This document shows positions 38,866-48,542 of a stretch of 64,000 nucleotides of DNA, one piece after another (positions within the stretch are counted from its first letter, which is position 1; each line of letters opens with the position of its first letter). The stretch covers positions 67,071 to 131,070 of the forward strand of contig JAWKOD010000005.1 of assembly GCA_041391385.1 (NCBI GenBank), read 5' to 3'. Position numbers and translations under genes: made by a program. The notes under the pieces are model-generated. The model ran no database searches and was not told the origin of the DNA. It saw nothing but the letters and a program-made list of their open reading frames with translations. The stretch is from Bdellovibrionota bacterium. GTDB lineage: Bacteria; Bdellovibrionota; UBA2428.

Positions 38866-40216
38866 TCTTAGGGAGACTTGCGCTCACAATTTTAATGTCA
38901 TGAAAATTATCGTATCGAGTTTTAATCTCAGCTCGGATGCTTTTAACTTGAGTTTGTGACAACGCATAGCCTTGTGCCTTTTCTATGCTAAATATCTCAC
39001 TTGTGAGTCGCAACATGTGGGCTGCAAAGAGAAGTCGGGCTTTCGTTGTATCAAAACGTTTAATTTCTTTTGGGTAACGACTTTGAGTTTCGTCTAACTC
39101 TGTGAGTTCTCTGTCACGCTCTTTCCAGAGATACGTTTTTAGCTCTGTGCTTACGAGCTCAAGTTGAGCTTTGTATTGAGCCGTGTGGAGGGAGTTCTCG
39201 TTGCCTAGCGCTGGAATTAAATTCATTAACCAAGCTCTATCACCAAGCTTTTCTTCTTCTACTGTTCTTGCGATAGCTTCTCCTGCGTAAATTTCATCAA
39301 AAATAGATCTACTAGAAGTTTCCTTCTCTACACCGGGAAACATGGCATTTAGTGCAACAAGCGTTCTGACATACGCTTGAGCGTCGAGAGCTTTGCCTCG
39401 CGCAAGCATGTCTTTTGAAGCAGCCTCTGTATAGCCTAAGCAAATATAAGAGTTTAAAAAATCATCTAAGCGAAAACTAGGTCTTCCGTATGAGCTTGAG
39501 TTTGTCGCCTCTAAAAGAATGTCATTATATCTTCTGAAGGAGAGCGGAATCAGTTTTAAGACAGCATTGAGTTGTGCGCCTGGAAGGAGTTTGTCATTAA
39601 GATCATAAGTTTGAGCGACTAAGAAAATACCAAGACTCGAGCTCGCATCAAAGCCAGGGTTTGCGTTTTCAATGCTCATATATGTGATGAGTGCATTTGA
39701 AAGAAAGGAAACTAGAGTGAGGGATTCTCCCAGTTTGTGAAGTCGGGGCTTAATGAGCGCGAGTACTGAGCTGTTGACGGGGACAACATAGCCCTCTGAA
39801 TGAAAACTAAGTAACGCATCTGTGTAGTCCTTGAGTGCTTCTATTGCTTGATCACATCGACCACGCGCAATGCTTGAGTCGTCTCGAAGCTTGGGAATAT
39901 TCTTAGCTTCAGCAAGAGTATGTAATTGCGCAAGGTCTGCACCTTTTGGGGCTCTTCTTCTAAGGCTGCTGTATTTGCCTTGAGTATCGAAGAAGTTGTT
40001 GATCATATTTTCGTTAAGATTTTTTATGACAGTATTTTGACTGACGCTGCATTCCTCAACTCCCTTTCCTGTGAAACGGTAACTGGGAGTGCCGCTTGAT
40101 TCTTCAGTTTGTGAAAAAAACTTTATTCGCTTGAGCAAAGTATTGTTGTCACTCACAGCATATGCTTGCAGCGAAAAGAGAAAGAAAAAAAGCGTCCATA
40201 CGGTAAACGTTCTCAT
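38846..40216 (-). CDS. hypothetical secreted protein
   Basis: 456-codon ORF, signal MRTFTVWTLFFFLFSLQAYA, largely helical-looking. The 3' end overlaps the convergent gene by 20 nt. Confidence 0.6.
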   Translation of the reverse strand: MRTFTVWTLFFFLFSLQAYAVSDNNTLLKRIKFFSQTEESSGTPSYRFTGKGVEECSVSQNTVIKNLNENMINNFFDTQGKYSSLRRRAPKGADLAQLHTLAEAKNIPKLRDDSSIARGRCDQAIEALKDYTDALLSFHSEGYVVPVNSSVLALIKPRLHKLGESLTLVSFLSNALITYMSIENANPGFDASSSLGIFLVAQTYDLNDKLLPGAQLNAVLKLIPLSFRRYNDILLEATNSSSYGRPSFRLDDFLNSYICLGYTEAASKDMLARGKALDAQAYVRTLVALNAMFPGVEKETSSRSIFDEIYAGEAIARTVEEEKLGDRAWLMNLIPALGNENSLHTAQYKAQLELVSTELKTYLWKERDRELTELDETQSRYPKEIKRFDTTKARLLFAAHMLRLTSEIFSIEKAQGYALSQTQVKSIRAEIKTRYDNFHDIKIVSASLPKTKKQGI

Positions 40217-40553
40217 AGTGATTGCCTATTGTGCCACTTTTCATAGGAGAAATTTAAAAAAATCATACCGAAAAAGTGTCTATGAAGTAGACGAAGTGTT
40301 AGCAATTTTGAGCCTACAAGGAGCTGTTTTTATCTTTTTTTTTCATATCTTTTCTTAATTTTTTTAAGAATACTCTCTCTGGATATAACAGGAGTACGGC
40401 GAAGATGTTGAATTGTGTAGCTTTTTAGCTCGATCTGTGTCATACTGGTTAAGTAAGCAAACAATCGAGCCGCAATCACATTCATGATGAGTTCTCATCT
40501 TAGAAGCAAAACAAGGCTCTTAACGTTAACAAACCTATAAGGAACTGTATTTT

Positions 40554-40871
40554 ATGACGATAGACGCGAATGGCACTCAATTGGATCCCAAAGTTTCATT
40601 TCTTCAAATGATGAAAAGTCAGCTTGAAGATTGGAATAAAGAACTTGCTCCTGCTCGGCAGCAATTGAAAAGTGCAACTAAAGGTCTAGACGGTGAGCTT
40701 CGAGCTCTAATGCTTAACTTCAAAAAGAGAAAAGAAAGCTTCAAGGCTTGTATGGAAGAAATTCAAGAAGCGAGTAGTGATAAATTTGAGTGGCTCAAGC
40801 CAAAAGCTCAGCGAGCATGGTTAGAAGCTAATCTTGCTGTTGAAAAATTTAATCTTAGAAGAGTTGCTTAA
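40554..40871 (+). CDS. small charged coiled-coil-like hypothetical protein
   Basis: 105-codon ORF preceded by TAAGGAA, followed by a strong terminator. Confidence 0.5.
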   Translation: MTIDANGTQLDPKVSFLQMMKSQLEDWNKELAPARQQLKSATKGLDGELRALMLNFKKRKESFKACMEEIQEASSDKFEWLKPKAQRAWLEANLAVEKFNLRRVA

Positions 40872-40896
40872 GTAACTTTCTTAACAAAAGAAAAAG

Positions 40897-40942
40897 AAAA
40901 TCCCCGCAGCCACTTTTTCAAGAGTGGTTGCGGGGATTTTTT
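40897..40942. terminator. rho-independent bidirectional terminator
   Basis: AAAATCCCCGCAGCCACT (40897-40914) pairs with AGTGGTTGCGGGGATTTT (40923-40940), with one G-U pair. T-run after the stem and A-run before it. Confidence 0.75.
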
Positions 40943-40965
40943 AATGAGAATTCAAAGAGAACGAA

Positions 40966-41514
40966 TTATTCTACGCCTTCAGTGTGCATAACACCTTGAA
41001 GGTTTTTTACCGTAAACTTACCTACTTCTTCATCGTTAGAGCTAAGAACAGCATCAACAAGTGAGAAAGCAGAGTCGAGAGACTCTGTTTCATCTGTTTT
41101 TGCTTCTGCAAGAACTTTGAGAATCTTCTGAGGAGCTTTATAGGAAAAACTATCTAGCAAAGTGTAATTGCCTTCAACTTTTACTTGAGCAGGAACAAGA
41201 CTCAGTATGAGACTCGCTTTGTCAACTTCTCCATTAGGGTTTACATACTTAGGAGAACTTTCACGGCCTACTATTATGAAATGCTGGGGTACATAATGCA
41301 CCTCAAAGCCGCCTTGGTTTTGAGGAGTTATACGAATTCCTTTAAGAGATGTTCCATTCACTACAAAAACATCAACAGCTGAAACGGAAGCACTATTTTC
41401 TGCAGGTTCTGAAAGGCCGCGGAGCACAGATAGCACTGTCCCCTCTGGTTTGACTTCAGCAAATAGTGTTGTGGATACAAGGGTTAGGGTTAGTAAAATT
41501 TTTTTCCTTTGCAC
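40966..41514 (-). CDS. hypothetical secreted protein
   Basis: 182-codon ORF, GTG start after AAAGAGG, signal KKILLTLTLVSTTLFA. Confidence 0.55.
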   Translation of the reverse strand: MQRKKILLTLTLVSTTLFAEVKPEGTVLSVLRGLSEPAENSASVSAVDVFVVNGTSLKGIRITPQNQGGFEVHYVPQHFIIVGRESSPKYVNPNGEVDKASLILSLVPAQVKVEGNYTLLDSFSYKAPQKILKVLAEAKTDETESLDSAFSLVDAVLSSNDEEVGKFTVKNLQGVMHTEGVE

Positions 41515-41587
41515 CTCTTTTTCAGGAAGCTAGTTCAGGTAAGGGGAAGGGGTAATGTTCCTGATGCTTAAAAAAGCTTTATAGAGG

Positions 41588-42580
41588 CTATATGACCAGG
41601 CTAGAGGCAATAAACTCTCGCTTTTGAGTGTAATTTAGAATGTTCTCAACGGTTGTCGCTGCAATATTCTCTAAAGCTTCTTTTGTAAAAAAAGCTTGAT
41701 GTGAGGTCAGGAGTACATTGTGGAAACTCAGCAGTCTTGCAAGTTGGTCATCTTGTAATATTTTTTCAGAAAGATCTTCAAAGAAAACACCCTCTTCTTC
41801 TTCGTAAACATCAAGCGCTGCGGCTCCAATGTGACCACTTTTAAGAGAATTAATTAAAGCTTTTGAGTCTATAAGTGCACCTCTTCCGGTGTTCACCACG
41901 AAAACTCCTTTTTTTGTGAGGGATAGGGCCTCTTTGTCTATGAGGTGAAATGTCCCTTTGTTGAGAGGGACATGTAGAGAGATAACGTCACTCTGCTTGA
42001 GCAGTTCTTCTAGGCTTACATATGAGAGGTGGCTTGTATCTTGATCAGAATGGGTTTGGTCGTAGGCCAAAATCTTACAACCTATTCCAAACATGATTTT
42101 GCTAAAGATATATCCAATCCGTCCAGTCCCAATAACACCAATTGTTTTTCCAAAGAGGTCAAAGCCCATAAGTCCATCAAGAGAAAAGTTACCTTCTCTA
42201 ACTCGTTGGTAAGCTCTATGAAGTTTACGGTTTAGGCAAAGAATCATTGCGAGTGCGTGCTCTGCAATTGCGTGAGGCGAATATTCAGGAACTCGCACAA
42301 CTGTAATTCCAAACTCTTTAGCTGCATTTACGTCTACATGGTTAAAGCCCGCAGAACGAAGGGTGATAAGCTTTGTTTTTCCTTTCGCAAGAACAGCTAA
42401 AACTTCGCGGTTAATTTTATCATTAACAAAGCAAGAGATGACTTCAAACTCTGATGCCATTTTGCAAGTTGTTTCGTTGAGTCTAAACTCAAAGTATTCA
42501 AAATTAAGAGAGTGTTTGTCTTGTAGGGATTTATAGAAGGGCATTTCGTATTTATGTGTATCAAAAAAAGCAGCTCTCAT
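41588..42580 (-). CDS. ldhA: D-isomer-specific 2-hydroxyacid dehydrogenase (D-lactate dehydrogenase-like)
   Basis: NAD fold GVIGTGRIGYIF, NTGRGALID, SHQAFFT (catalytic His). Start taken at MRAAFFDTHKYE; the ORF track starts 4 codons earlier. Confidence 0.8.
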   Translation of the reverse strand: MRAAFFDTHKYEMPFYKSLQDKHSLNFEYFEFRLNETTCKMASEFEVISCFVNDKINREVLAVLAKGKTKLITLRSAGFNHVDVNAAKEFGITVVRVPEYSPHAIAEHALAMILCLNRKLHRAYQRVREGNFSLDGLMGFDLFGKTIGVIGTGRIGYIFSKIMFGIGCKILAYDQTHSDQDTSHLSYVSLEELLKQSDVISLHVPLNKGTFHLIDKEALSLTKKGVFVVNTGRGALIDSKALINSLKSGHIGAAALDVYEEEEGVFFEDLSEKILQDDQLARLLSFHNVLLTSHQAFFTKEALENIAATTVENILNYTQKREFIASSLVI

Positions 42581-42654
42581 AAGAGTGCACAATAAACCGT
42601 TTGTTCGTTTTTGGCTCTGTTATTTGTGAGAGCTTCGATATAGCCTAAGTAGGT

Positions 42655-44049
42655 ATGAAGCTTGGCTTAGAATTTTTAGGCGCCGCAGGGCAGGTAACAG
42701 GAAGCCGTACGCTTCTCAGTTTTTTTGGAAAAAGATATTTAGTGGATTATGGGCTCTTTCAAGGGGGGCGCGAACAGAAGTTAAAGAATTGGGACTCTAC
42801 GCCAAAAGAAATTGCCAAGGTAGAGCGAATTTTTTTAACCCATGCGCATTTAGATCATTCTGGTATGTTGCCGAGACTTTTCAAGGAGGGCTATCATCCT
42901 GAAGTTTGGTGCACAGAGGGGACAGCGGCATTATTAAAGATTTTGCTTCTCGATGCAGCTCATATTCAAGAGGAAGATGCACGTTACGCAAACGATACGG
43001 GGCATTCAAAACACCGGCCAGCACTTCCCCTTTATACCGAAAAAGATGCCTATAAGGTTTTAGAACACGTAAAAACCTTTCCTCGTGATGAATGGGTCCC
43101 AGTAGATAAAGGGATAAGTTTGCGCTTTGGTCGTGCGGGGCATATTCTTGGAGCGAGTTACATAACCTTTACATTGGAAACTGAAAACGGAGTTAAGCTT
43201 TTAACTTTTTCAGGAGATATAGGAAATAATCGAAGTTATATTCTTAAGGGGCCCGATCCATTAATTGAGTCTGATTATCTTGTTTTAGAGTCCACTTATG
43301 GAAATCGTCTTCATGATCCCGGAGACCCTTTAGTGGAATTGGGCGAGTGTATACGTGAGGTTTACAATAATAGAGGTGTGCTTGTTATTCCTGCTTTTGC
43401 GGCAGGACGCTCTCAAGAACTTTTGTATATGATTAAGCTCCTTGAGGATTCGGGTAAGATTCCTAAAATTGATGTCCTCTTAGACAGTCCAATGGCCACA
43501 AAAGCTACAGATGCGTTTTTGCAGCACAAAGAAGATCATAAGTTTGATAATTCCTTCACGGCAACACGTGACTTTTATCCTAGTCAATTTCAGATTGTTG
43601 AAACTCCTGATGATTCTATGTTGGCTTGTATGAGAGAGGGGCCGCTGATCGTCATAGCCGGTGCCGGGATGCTCAACGGTGGCAGAGTTCTTCACCATCT
43701 TAAGAAGCGACTTCCTCGTAAAGAAAATATGGTTTTATTTTCTGGATTCCAAGCAGAAAGTACCAAGGGAAGGTATTTGTTAGAGGAGGCGCCTAAATCA
43801 GGTTTTTTGAGAATTCATCACCAGGAGATAGCTGTAGAGGCTCAAATTAAAAGCATTTCGAGTTTATCTGCACATGCAGATTCAAATGAGCTTCTTTCTT
43901 GGTGTTCTCATATGAAAAAAGCGCCAAAAAAAGTTTTTTTAAATCACGGTCAACCTGAAGCTATGCAAAAACTCACTCAAAGGCTCAAGGATGAATTGCA
44001 TTGGAATGTTGAGCCAATATTGAGTGAACAAAAAATTATGCTTTTTTAG
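42655..44049 (+). CDS. MBL-fold metallo-hydrolase of the beta-CASP (RNA-metabolising) family
   Basis: HAHLDHSG motif 2, ESTYG, and C-terminal SAHAD (beta-CASP motif C region). 464 aa. Confidence 0.8.
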   Translation: MKLGLEFLGAAGQVTGSRTLLSFFGKRYLVDYGLFQGGREQKLKNWDSTPKEIAKVERIFLTHAHLDHSGMLPRLFKEGYHPEVWCTEGTAALLKILLLDAAHIQEEDARYANDTGHSKHRPALPLYTEKDAYKVLEHVKTFPRDEWVPVDKGISLRFGRAGHILGASYITFTLETENGVKLLTFSGDIGNNRSYILKGPDPLIESDYLVLESTYGNRLHDPGDPLVELGECIREVYNNRGVLVIPAFAAGRSQELLYMIKLLEDSGKIPKIDVLLDSPMATKATDAFLQHKEDHKFDNSFTATRDFYPSQFQIVETPDDSMLACMREGPLIVIAGAGMLNGGRVLHHLKKRLPRKENMVLFSGFQAESTKGRYLLEEAPKSGFLRIHHQEIAVEAQIKSISSLSAHADSNELLSWCSHMKKAPKKVFLNHGQPEAMQKLTQRLKDELHWNVEPILSEQKIMLF

Positions 44050-44386
44050 CTGCAAGGTAAGAGTTACACCAGCCGTCTTTATAAACCAGACCGCCTTTAA
44101 TGATTTTACATTCGCCCCATGAATCGTTTTTCTTAACGTATTGAGCGCAGTTTGCACAGTTGTGACCAGCAACATATTTTTTAAAACGCTTAGTGTCTAC
44201 TTTTGTGGCGTCATGCTTGTAGCCTAGGACATTGGCCATCGGTGCTTTTTCATCGAGAGCTTTGGCTTTTGCAGGTAGCGTTTTCATGTCCACAGCAAAA
44301 AGTTTTGAAACTTTAAGCAGGGGAAGAACCGCAGCTGAAGTTGTTAGGATTTGGAGAAATGATCGGCGAGAGAGGTCTTTTTTCAT
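44036..44386 (-). CDS. high-potential iron-sulfur protein (HiPIP) with Tat signal
   Basis: MKKDLSRRSFLQ twin-arginine signal. Cys pattern CANC...GEC...GWCNSY. Confidence 0.85.
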   Translation of the reverse strand: MKKDLSRRSFLQILTTSAAVLPLLKVSKLFAVDMKTLPAKAKALDEKAPMANVLGYKHDATKVDTKRFKKYVAGHNCANCAQYVKKNDSWGECKIIKGGLVYKDGWCNSYLAAKKA

Positions 44387-44441
44387 AAGCAAAGCATCTC
44401 AAAAAAACAGAAACTCGGCAAACAGATATTCATATTTACAA

Positions 44442-44461
44442 AACATGATGAAGATCATGTT
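44442..44461. promoter_or_regulatory. FNR/CRP-type palindrome AACATGAT-GAAG-ATCATGTT
   Basis: Perfect 8+4+8 palindrome with a TGAT-N4-ATCA core (FNR consensus TTGAT-N4-ATCAA). TATGAT at 44481-44486 places the site centre near -41.5. An FNR-like regulator is encoded at 49596. Confidence 0.5.
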
Positions 44462-44495
44462 TTTTTAATCTTAGTGCAAATATGATCCAGTCAAA

Positions 44496-45320
44496 ATGCA
44501 TTTAAAATATGGAAGTATAGCAATCAAAGCTTTGGGCTTTTGCCTGCTTTTACCCGCTTCAGCTGCCAATTTCCCCCAGGGAATGTTGCAGCTTCTGAGC
44601 GATCAACAGCAGCTTAAGCTTGGTCAAGAACTCTTTATGAGACACTGTTCAGGTTGTCACGGCAATACGGCTCGGGGGGATGGCCCCGCGGCTCAATTCT
44701 TAATGCCAAAACCTCGTAACATTGTAGAAGGAAGCTTTAAGTTTAAATCTACAAGTTACGGCAGCCTTCCGTCTTCCTCAGATTTATTGAGAATAATTGA
44801 AAGAGGCTTACCCGGTTCTTCGATGCCTTCTTTTAAGTTGTTGCCGGCAGCCCAGCGTGAGGCACTTGTGGCCTACATTATGTCTTTAAGACCGGGGTGG
44901 AAGAATCAAGTTACGACAAATATAGAAATACCTGCAGTGCCTGTTGAGCTCAAGGAAGCAAACACTTTTTTAGCGAGTGCTTTGAAGGGAAAGAATAGCT
45001 ACATGGAACTCTGTGCAAGTTGTCACGGGGATCAGGGGGTGGGAGATGGCCCTGCAGCCGCTGAAATTGTAGATGAAAATAATGATCCCCTGAAGCCAGC
45101 TAACCTCAGAAGAAAACATCTGAAGTCTGGTTCCGGAGCAAGGGATGTCTATCGAGTAATGAGTGCTGGAATTGAAGGAACTCCAATGCCTCCCTATGGC
45201 GACGCTCTAAGTGCTGAGCAACGATGGGATATTGTTGCGTATGTATTATTTATGAGAGGGCAAGAAGAGGGCCTTTATGAAAAAGATTTTAGCTTAGAAG
45301 CAGCGGTGAACAAAAAATGA
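44496..45320 (+). CDS. dihaem c-type cytochrome (CcoP-like), signal peptide instead of TM anchor
   Basis: Two CxxCH motifs (CSGCHG, CASCHG). ATGA overlap with ccoN. Confidence 0.8.
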   Translation: MHLKYGSIAIKALGFCLLLPASAANFPQGMLQLLSDQQQLKLGQELFMRHCSGCHGNTARGDGPAAQFLMPKPRNIVEGSFKFKSTSYGSLPSSSDLLRIIERGLPGSSMPSFKLLPAAQREALVAYIMSLRPGWKNQVTTNIEIPAVPVELKEANTFLASALKGKNSYMELCASCHGDQGVGDGPAAAEIVDENNDPLKPANLRRKHLKSGSGARDVYRVMSAGIEGTPMPPYGDALSAEQRWDIVAYVLFMRGQEEGLYEKDFSLEAAVNKK

Positions 45321-46723
45321 GCGCAGAAGAAAATACACAATCAAAAGATATCGATTACGAACTTATTAAATGGCATTTTTACGCTTTTTGTTTTTATCTC
45401 ATTGTCGTTCTACTCGCTGGGTTGAGCTACTCTCTTCAGTTTTTGCAACGTTATCCTTTTCCGGGAATTGAGATTCTGAGTCCAGGTAGAGTGCGGATGG
45501 TTCACACTCAAGCTGTCGCTTACGGAATGTTAGCCAATGGTCTCATTGGCATTACCTATTACATTGTTCAAAAACTAACGAATTTTAATGTTTGGTCTCA
45601 AAAATTAGCGCGCGGGTTATTTTGGGCATATAACTTTTTAGTCGTTACTGCTGTTGCAATGATTTTGGCCGGTTTTGCTCAGGGGCTTGAGTGGGCGGAA
45701 ACTCCTAAGATTTTAGATCCAATTATAGCCGTAGCTGCCGTCGTGATGTTTTTGAATATCGGGCATCCAATTTGGAAAGCGCGTGATAAGGATTTTTATG
45801 TAAGTCTTTGGTACATACTCGCAACACTTATTTGGTTTCCTTTAACATATGTTTTTGGGAATTTCTTACCTGAGTATGTTTTTGCAGGTACATCAGGAGC
45901 TGCCATTTCTTCTATGTATATTCACGATCTGGTAGGTTTGTTTGTTACTCCTTTGGGGATTGCGAGTGTTTATTATCTTCTTCCCGTGGTTATGAGGGTC
46001 CCGCTTTATAGTCACGCTTTAAGTATCATTGGTTTTTGGGGCTTAGCTTTCTTTTATCCCTTGAACAGCGCTCACCATTATCTTTGGTCTCCTATTCCTA
46101 TGTGGGCTCAGTATGCAAGTGTTGTTACAAGTATTGGCGTACACGTGGTTGTTTACACTGTAATTGTGAACATCATCGCAACTATTGCCTCTGACTGGAA
46201 GCAACTCATTACAAATTTTCCCGTGCGCTGGATTTTCTTTGGGACTCTTGCATATCTTATTACCTGCGTTCAGTGTGCCGTACAGGTAACAATGGCAGCG
46301 CAGGAAATTATTCACTTTACAGATTGGGTTGTAGGACATGCGCACTTTGTTCTTTTTGGAACTTTTACTTTTTGGGTAACGGGTTGGGTTTACTGGCTCT
46401 TACCTAGAATTTGGAAAACACCTATTTACAGCATGAGCTTAGCACGTTGGCATTTCTGGTTGTCACTTATAGGTATTGCAATCATGCAAATCGATTTACT
46501 GGCAGCAGGAGTTGTACAGGGACTGATGTGGCGTTCAATGGCACCATTTATAGATACAGTGAACGCAAGTATCCCTTTTTGGTGGGTAAGAACATTGTCG
46601 GGAATTGTTATCCTTTGCGGAGAGGTCTGTTTTCTTGTGAATCTTTACTTAACTTGGCAGGATTCAAGAGGTTTCAAACCTGAATTGCAAATCGACTCTT
46701 CAACTCAAGTAGGTGCTGTATGA
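45317..46723 (+). CDS. ccoN: cbb3-type cytochrome c oxidase subunit I
   Basis: 12-TM haem-copper oxidase. NSAHHYLWSPIP and VGHAHFVLFG histidine ligand regions. 468 aa. Confidence 0.9.
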   Translation: MSAEENTQSKDIDYELIKWHFYAFCFYLIVVLLAGLSYSLQFLQRYPFPGIEILSPGRVRMVHTQAVAYGMLANGLIGITYYIVQKLTNFNVWSQKLARGLFWAYNFLVVTAVAMILAGFAQGLEWAETPKILDPIIAVAAVVMFLNIGHPIWKARDKDFYVSLWYILATLIWFPLTYVFGNFLPEYVFAGTSGAAISSMYIHDLVGLFVTPLGIASVYYLLPVVMRVPLYSHALSIIGFWGLAFFYPLNSAHHYLWSPIPMWAQYASVVTSIGVHVVVYTVIVNIIATIASDWKQLITNFPVRWIFFGTLAYLITCVQCAVQVTMAAQEIIHFTDWVVGHAHFVLFGTFTFWVTGWVYWLLPRIWKTPIYSMSLARWHFWLSLIGIAIMQIDLLAAGVVQGLMWRSMAPFIDTVNASIPFWWVRTLSGIVILCGEVCFLVNLYLTWQDSRGFKPELQIDSSTQVGAV

Positions 46724-47334
46724 AAATGATTGAACGCTTTAGTGGAATCTTTCTTTTTGCAGGGTTATTACTTTTTAGTTTTGCTGTTCTTTCTTTGGGG
46801 ATTATTCCCGCATTAATGGTTGATAGGTTGCACCCCAGACAAGGTCTACCAACAGTCGTTCCTCATGAGATGAAAGAATGGTACTCCACAGTAGATGTTT
46901 ATCAAAAAGCACTTTTGAGAGGTCGTGATCTCTATGTGCGTGAGGCCTGTTGGCACTGTCACAGTCAGTATGTGAGACCTGTTAGTAATGAGTCTGCATA
47001 CTATGGACCGGTTGCAACACCAGGTGAATATCAAACGGTGTTACATTTGCCCCAACTTTTGGGAACTCGTAGGGCGGGCCCAGATTTGTCTAGAGAAGCT
47101 GGACGTCACTCGAATGATTGGCATTTAGCACATTTGTATCAACCGACGTGGGTTGTTCCAGAGTCAATTATGCCTACTTACACTTGGTACTTTGAGAGAG
47201 ATGCTTCTGGTGTTATCCAGCCAAAGGACGATGCAAAAGCTTTAGTGGCCTATTTGCAGTCCCTTGGAAAAGATTTTGAAGACGCACAGTATGTGGTTGA
47301 GCCGGAAGATATCATGCTCCCACCTGGAGAATAA
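46720..47334 (+). CDS. ccoO: cbb3-type cytochrome c oxidase subunit II (monohaem)
   Basis: N-terminal TM, CWHCHSQYVRP, GPDLSREAGRHSNDWHLAHL. 4-nt overlap with ccoN. Confidence 0.9.
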   Translation: MKMIERFSGIFLFAGLLLFSFAVLSLGIIPALMVDRLHPRQGLPTVVPHEMKEWYSTVDVYQKALLRGRDLYVREACWHCHSQYVRPVSNESAYYGPVATPGEYQTVLHLPQLLGTRRAGPDLSREAGRHSNDWHLAHLYQPTWVVPESIMPTYTWYFERDASGVIQPKDDAKALVAYLQSLGKDFEDAQYVVEPEDIMLPPGE

Positions 47335-47335
47335 T

Positions 47336-47587
47336 ATGAAATTACTTTATGGCGTTCTAACTTTGCTTGTGTCTGCTGTTTTTGTTCTAGCTACTGTGGG
47401 TGGAATGGAGAATGTGGGCGCGTTGGCCTCAGCTGTTTATGGCATTTTAATTACCTTGTTTTTGATTATACTTGTTTGGGGCTTTACAAAAACTCAAGTG
47501 AGTTACTTAAAGAAAATTGAGGACGTTAAAAAACAAGTCTTAGAAGTTGAGGGTGTGCTTCCATGCGAAAATCACAAAACAGTTTAA
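47336..47587 (+). CDS. small 2-TM membrane protein in the cbb3 cluster
   Basis: ATG 1 nt after the ccoO stop. MKLLYGVLTLLVSAVFVLA.. and ..AVYGILITLFLIILVWGF. Confidence 0.5.
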   Translation: MKLLYGVLTLLVSAVFVLATVGGMENVGALASAVYGILITLFLIILVWGFTKTQVSYLKKIEDVKKQVLEVEGVLPCENHKTV

Positions 47588-47772
47588 GCTTTTTACCCTG
47601 TCTAGTTTGTGGCGTGGATTCAGGACCCGTGTTGGGTTTTTTTGCTTGGCTTGTTGGGGGCGTTATTTTGGCAACGGTTCTTATTTTGTTTTGGGCTATT
47701 TCTAAAGGGAAGCTCAAGAAAAAGAACCTCGCCATGCAGCCTATTGAAATAGAAGGAGCAAGCAATGACTGA
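47563..47772 (+). CDS. small membrane protein, possibly CcoS/FixS-like
   Basis: One TM followed by ..LFWAISKGKLKKKNLAMQPIEIEG, loosely like the CcoS W..KSGQ.DD motif. Overlaps its neighbours. Confidence 0.35.
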   Translation: MRKSQNSLSFLPCLVCGVDSGPVLGFFAWLVGGVILATVLILFWAISKGKLKKKNLAMQPIEIEGASND

Positions 47773-47944
47773 GAATGTGACTGAGTCCATGAGCGAAAGT
47801 ACAAGAGAAGTCGATCGACTTAAGTACAGAGGGAATCAAATTCCGTTATTTATAAAGTTTGTTTGGGTGGCAATTGTTATTTATACGGTGGCCTATCTTT
47901 CAATGTATATGTGGCCAGATTTGAAAATATGGATAAACAAGTAA
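47765..47944 (+). CDS. 59-aa single-TM protein (below the ORF-track cutoff)
   Basis: ATG overlaps the upstream TGA (ATGA). MTENVTESMSESTREVDRLKYRGNQIPLFIKFVWVAIVIYTVAYLSMYMWPDLKIWINK. Confidence 0.45.
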   Translation: MTENVTESMSESTREVDRLKYRGNQIPLFIKFVWVAIVIYTVAYLSMYMWPDLKIWINK

Positions 47945-48429
47945 TTCCGGATCTCTCGGAGCCAACTAAGAGAGCTCCAGCGACTCGTTCTGGAACTATT
48001 TCTAGAAAATGGCATTTTGCACTTAGTCTTTATGCAGCTGCTATGGCCTATGCGTTTTTGCATAAGGCTATTTTACCTTTTGTCTTAGGTTATCTTGGTA
48101 CAAGCCGTAGTGAATACTCTACGGTGAGCTATGGAGTTATATGGGTTCTAATACTTGGCTATACCTTGCATAAAGAGCAAGAAGTTTCACAACGCGTACA
48201 GTTATTCATGGGGACGGCATTAGGCTTTGCAACTTTCGAGTTGCTTCTGATTTTTTTAGATACTCAAAAAGGCTGGCTGCTCTTTAGTCATATTTTGGCT
48301 GCTGTTCCCTTGATCGTTTCTATTCTATATTTGCTTAAATTCACGAATGAAAAAAAGTGGGGCATTATTGCCTCTGGTTTTGTGGTCTATCTACTCACGG
48401 AGGGAGTTTTATGGAAATTACCTCAATAA
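47929..48429 (+). CDS. 4-TM membrane protein in the cbb3 cluster
   Basis: Start taken at MDKQVIPDL, overlapping the previous ORF by 16 nt. Four hydrophobic helices. Confidence 0.55.
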   Translation: MDKQVIPDLSEPTKRAPATRSGTISRKWHFALSLYAAAMAYAFLHKAILPFVLGYLGTSRSEYSTVSYGVIWVLILGYTLHKEQEVSQRVQLFMGTALGFATFELLLIFLDTQKGWLLFSHILAAVPLIVSILYLLKFTNEKKWGIIASGFVVYLLTEGVLWKLPQ

Positions 48430-48542
48430 ATTGGCAAGTCGCAATGACCCTTTTGGAGTTATCTCTCGTTTTAGGTATTTTTTTTGTACTTCTTAAGTTT
48501 CATAAAAAGATTAAGAATCTAGAGGAAAAAAATGACGATTGA
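48411..48542 (+). CDS. 43-aa single-TM protein
   Basis: ATG 48411 preceded by GGAGGGA. MEITSINWQVAMTLLELSLVLGIFFVLLKFHKK... Confidence 0.35.
   Translation: MEITSINWQVAMTLLELSLVLGIFFVLLKFHKKIKNLEEKNDD

Noticed and set aside
40330-40485. 51-aa minus-strand sORF (MNVIAARLFAYLTSMTQIELKSYTIQHLRRTPVISRESILKKIKKRYEKKR) in the 337-bp divergent intergenic region
   Set aside because: No convincing Shine-Dalgarno sequence and no family resemblance. AT-rich promoter regions often throw up Lys-rich ORFs. It is worth checking only if ribosome profiling data exist.
44481-44494. Second possible FNR half-site pair, TGATCCAGTCAA
   Set aside because: The right arm is out of register with TTGAT-N4-ATCAA. The TATGAT part is better explained as the -10 element.
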